Shown here in pieces: positions 59,245 through 64,000 of a stretch of DNA of 64,000 bases (its first letter is position 1; each line of letters starts with the position of its first letter). Location of the stretch: assembly GCA_003669585.1 (NCBI GenBank), contig QWOQ01000005.1, positions 650,502 through 714,501 of the forward strand, in the 5' to 3' direction. The position numbers and the translations under genes were made by a program. Below the pieces are notes generated by a model. That model saw only the letters and a list, made by a program, of their open reading frames with translations, searched no databases and was not told the DNA's origin. Source of the stretch: Planctomycetota bacterium. Its GTDB lineage: Bacteria; Planctomycetota; Planctomycetia; Pirellulales; UBA1268.

Positions 59245-59889
59245 TCACGCGGCAATGAGCCTCAATCGCCCAACAAGTTTCTCCATATCGTGCCCGTCGA
59301 GAGGTCGAGCGAGCGAGGCTATGAGAATTTTTGCAAGTTCTAGGACGTTGAGAACTGCTGCAGGAACGCCAGCGGAACTTTCGTGAATGATCTCGATGGC
59401 CTCATCACTTACAGCCGACTCTCCAAGGTGAAGGACAACCTGTTGAGTTGTCTCCTCGAATGACCACGGCAGCAGCACGGCGCGAATTCTAACTGCTCTT
59501 TCGATCTCAGGCTGTCTGTGTAAGAGTGTCAAAAGTCGACCCTGACCAATGAGAATCAAGGCTCTGCGCACTGTTTCAGAGAACTCAATGCTCTTAAAAA
59601 TTAACGAAAGCGTTACTGCTTCTATTTTGTGAGCATTGTCAACAAGGATTATACAAGCCCCGTCTGGAAGAAAATTTCTCGTGTTATCGATCGCATCTGC
59701 GTCTATCATCTTGCAAATGCCATCGACGCGAGCATCAGAAGCCATGAGTTTTCCAATGAGTGTCTTCCCGACTCCACCCGGTCCAACCAAAACAGATAAT
59801 GATTTGGGCTGTGCGGACGCCCAAAGAAGTTTTGCGTATGCTGCTTGTTGCATTTGAGTGAGCATGTCGCAGTGATCGGGTTTCATCAT
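59245..59889 (-). CDS. ExeA/GspA-like AAA ATPase (AAA_22-type)
   Basis: It has the Walker A GPGGVGKT and the Walker B IILVDNAH. The start is set to ATG 59889, which overlaps the upstream stop as ATGA. The longest ORF extends to 59940. Confidence 0.7.
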   Translation of the reverse strand: MMKPDHCDMLTQMQQAAYAKLLWASAQPKSLSVLVGPGGVGKTLIGKLMASDARVDGICKMIDADAIDNTRNFLPDGACIILVDNAHKIEAVTLSLIFKSIEFSETVRRALILIGQGRLLTLLHRQPEIERAVRIRAVLLPWSFEETTQQVVLHLGESAVSDEAIEIIHESSAGVPAAVLNVLELAKILIASLARPLDGHDMEKLVGRLRLIAA

Positions 59890-60845
59890 GTGACTCCCTG
59901 AGAAATAGCAGGGGGATGACTTCCACTCTGTGCAGAACAAATCGATTCACTCCCCGCATATTGCAGAACAGTTCGCTGCACAAACGTGATCACTTCACTC
60001 AAGCACTCAAGCCCCAGTCTATGAAGTGCTAAATCATGTGGCTCTATCCGTTCTCGATCGGCGCGTCGAACCAGGATCACTGCATCGCATTGCATTGCGT
60101 GCGACTCAAGAGCCAAGAGACGCACCGGAATGGCACTAAACCAGGAACTATCATCTACGATCACAATTTCACAACTTGTTCGAAGTTTCCGTATGAGTTG
60201 TTCATTTTTTATGGTGCGATCACTCGATCGTTCTGTGAGTATCTGATAACTCGTTAGGGTTCCTCCCGATCCATGCATCACGGTCTTAGGAACATCCTCA
60301 TTACTATTTTTAAAAAATTTCTGCCGTGGAACCCCTTCGAGCAGAGATACCGTGTTGCCTCGGCATGCCAATCGAATGGCAAGCGCCTTGGCAACAGTTG
60401 ATCGACCTTCTTGAGGGCGGCTTCCAGTGATACAAACCACCCTAAGGCCGCGTTTGGCAGCCTCCTCTACAACCAATGACAGGGAATCCCATTGGCTTGT
60501 CAGTTCGTCTAACAACACCTTTACTACCAACGGCACCTCGATGTGAGGCTGCGGCCAGTACAACGTGCTGTACGGTACAGGTGCCAGTGGAATTTGTGAT
60601 TCGGTTTCAACAGCTACTTGCAGACTGTCTCGCATGAAGGAATCATGACTGCCTTTGATAGATTTTTTGTTGTCCAGCACGACTCTTGTAAATTCACTGT
60701 CATTGGTCGCAATCTTTTCAACCTGAGAATATTTTTTGGTCAATCTGATTTGGACTGCGTCACTCGTTAAAACTGCCGGCGCTGCAACGAGATGCTTGAG
60801 AAATGCTCGATCAATACTATCGGGAATCATCGCACGCCTTTCCAT
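59886..60845 (-). CDS. MinD/ParA/BY-kinase-fold P-loop protein with a degenerate Walker A
   Basis: VVCITGSRPQEGRSTVAKALAIRLA resembles the BY-kinase ITS..PGEGKST motif but has Arg in place of Lys. It also has the Walker A'-like IVIVDDSS and the Walker B-like DAVILV. There is no C-terminal Tyr cluster. Confidence 0.6.
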   Translation of the reverse strand: MERRAMIPDSIDRAFLKHLVAAPAVLTSDAVQIRLTKKYSQVEKIATNDSEFTRVVLDNKKSIKGSHDSFMRDSLQVAVETESQIPLAPVPYSTLYWPQPHIEVPLVVKVLLDELTSQWDSLSLVVEEAAKRGLRVVCITGSRPQEGRSTVAKALAIRLACRGNTVSLLEGVPRQKFFKNSNEDVPKTVMHGSGGTLTSYQILTERSSDRTIKNEQLIRKLRTSCEIVIVDDSSWFSAIPVRLLALESHAMQCDAVILVRRADRERIEPHDLALHRLGLECLSEVITFVQRTVLQYAGSESICSAQSGSHPPAISQGVT

Positions 60846-60890
60846 TCACTCTGGCAGCAACGCGTCTTCTGGAAATAATTCCGTGTCTTC

Positions 60891-61388
60891 TTACCGGACA
60901 AGGTGGCTTCGATTCGATTCAGAACCAACACTTTGTGAGGTGATTTGTAAATCAACTCGATCAGGTGATACATCGTTTTTTTCCAGAGCGTGCGAATAGG
61001 CAACTGGGTGGTTCTCGCGGTGAATTCCTCTGGCAAAAGCATGGATCTCATCCGCCCACCAAGCAGCCGTGCATGAAATTGTCGCAAGAATGGCTAGAAA
61101 ACTAATCATGCCCCATTCACTTTTTTTCTGGATTCGCAAACAATTCAGCTGCGGTGGTCCAGCGGAATCGATAGAACTATTTTCTAATCGATTCAGGCTG
61201 TGCGGCTCGAATTGAGATTCTTCTTTTTTTACATTTTCTTGATGGTGAGGTTCTTGCGCGTAGTTCTCTGTCGAAACTCCAATGCAAGTCAAAGAACTCT
61301 TGTCGGTTTCTGTGATTTGATTGACGACAGATTCTTTGAGCCACTCAAGCCGTTGTGAAATATCGACGATCTCGATGACAACCGGCAT
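60891..61388 (-). CDS. hypothetical single-pass membrane protein
   Basis: The 165-aa protein has one TM helix (MISFLAILATISCTAAWW). It lies 45 nt upstream of the P-loop gene on the same strand. Confidence 0.45.
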   Translation of the reverse strand: MPVVIEIVDISQRLEWLKESVVNQITETDKSSLTCIGVSTENYAQEPHHQENVKKEESQFEPHSLNRLENSSIDSAGPPQLNCLRIQKKSEWGMISFLAILATISCTAAWWADEIHAFARGIHRENHPVAYSHALEKNDVSPDRVDLQITSQSVGSESNRSHLVR

Positions 61389-61774
61389 GGAAAAGAATCC
61401 TCAGTTCATTCGATCTGTAGACGGGGTGGCCCTCAATCTGCCAAAAATACAAAGGGGCAGCCTTAAAAATCGACGTTTTCCATTGATCTTCTTGAACAAT
61501 CCGCGTGAGCCTGCCATAGAACTGGTGCCTCGACTTTCGACATATGCTCATGCCTTGAGGATGTCTATGATTTCTGAGATTCGGAGCACATTGCTTAAAA
61601 TGCCAGAAACTCCGAAGGGTCGGCATTGTTAAACTTTTGACAGTTTCCACCCACACCCGCAGTCTTCCCGGACTGCGCGGAGTGCCTAGGCAGGACCAGT
61701 TCCTCCCAAGAAAAATCCCGCGAACCTCAGCGTCTGATCTGTCTGACCGTGTTGCTTCAACTCTCTAACTCCCA

Positions 61775-64000
<2,226 letters not shown>

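Noticed and set aside
61321-61656. Two mutually antisense 103-aa ORFs upstream of the 60891-61388 gene.
   Set aside because: Neither has protein-like composition, an RBS or motifs. One overlaps the start of the 165-aa gene.

Overview
The window is a gene-dense chromosomal segment of about 60 genes and is mostly housekeeping. It looks like a Planctomycetota/PVC-type genome. This is an inference from three proteins: a roughly 1000-aa membrane-bound-dehydrogenase/HEAT protein with a C-terminal CxxCH, a Tat-signal Gfo/Idh/MocA oxidoreductase, and a DUF3500-like protein.

Genes I recognise:
- Minus strand, left part: aroC, purC, and the SOS mutagenesis cassette imuA-imuB-dnaE2.
- A PVC-type dehydrogenase cluster.
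- A 2-hydroxyacid dehydrogenase, a Ser/Thr kinase, miaE, an SDR and tRNA-Asp(GTC).
- sodA, gltX, a fasciclin protein, a PfkB kinase, recA, alaS and tpx.
- A STAS protein, phosphomannose isomerase, rluB, pyrK, rpsT and a cobA-hemD fusion.
- coaD, mcsA-mcsB, trpE, an orphan ABC ATPase, a CPA2 antiporter, trpA and trpB.
- mutM, a thiO-like oxidase, and the 5' two-thirds of metH, which runs off the right edge.

I found no rRNA, CRISPR array, transposase, integrase or recognisable defence system.

The observations most worth following up are:
1. A near-identical 14-bp palindrome in front of both imuA and recA, which is a candidate LexA operator. At recA it sits in a clean -35/-10 context.
2. A comparatively AT-rich, translationally coupled three-gene module at 59.2-61.4 kb, wedged between thiO and metH. 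It encodes a TM protein, a MinD/BY-kinase-like P-loop protein whose Walker-A Lys is replaced by Arg, and an ExeA-like AAA ATPase.
3. A 15-bp tandem repeat that reiterates the last codons plus the stop codon of the isomerase gene.

I cannot demonstrate a truly novel system from sequence alone. The 59-61 kb module is the best candidate.
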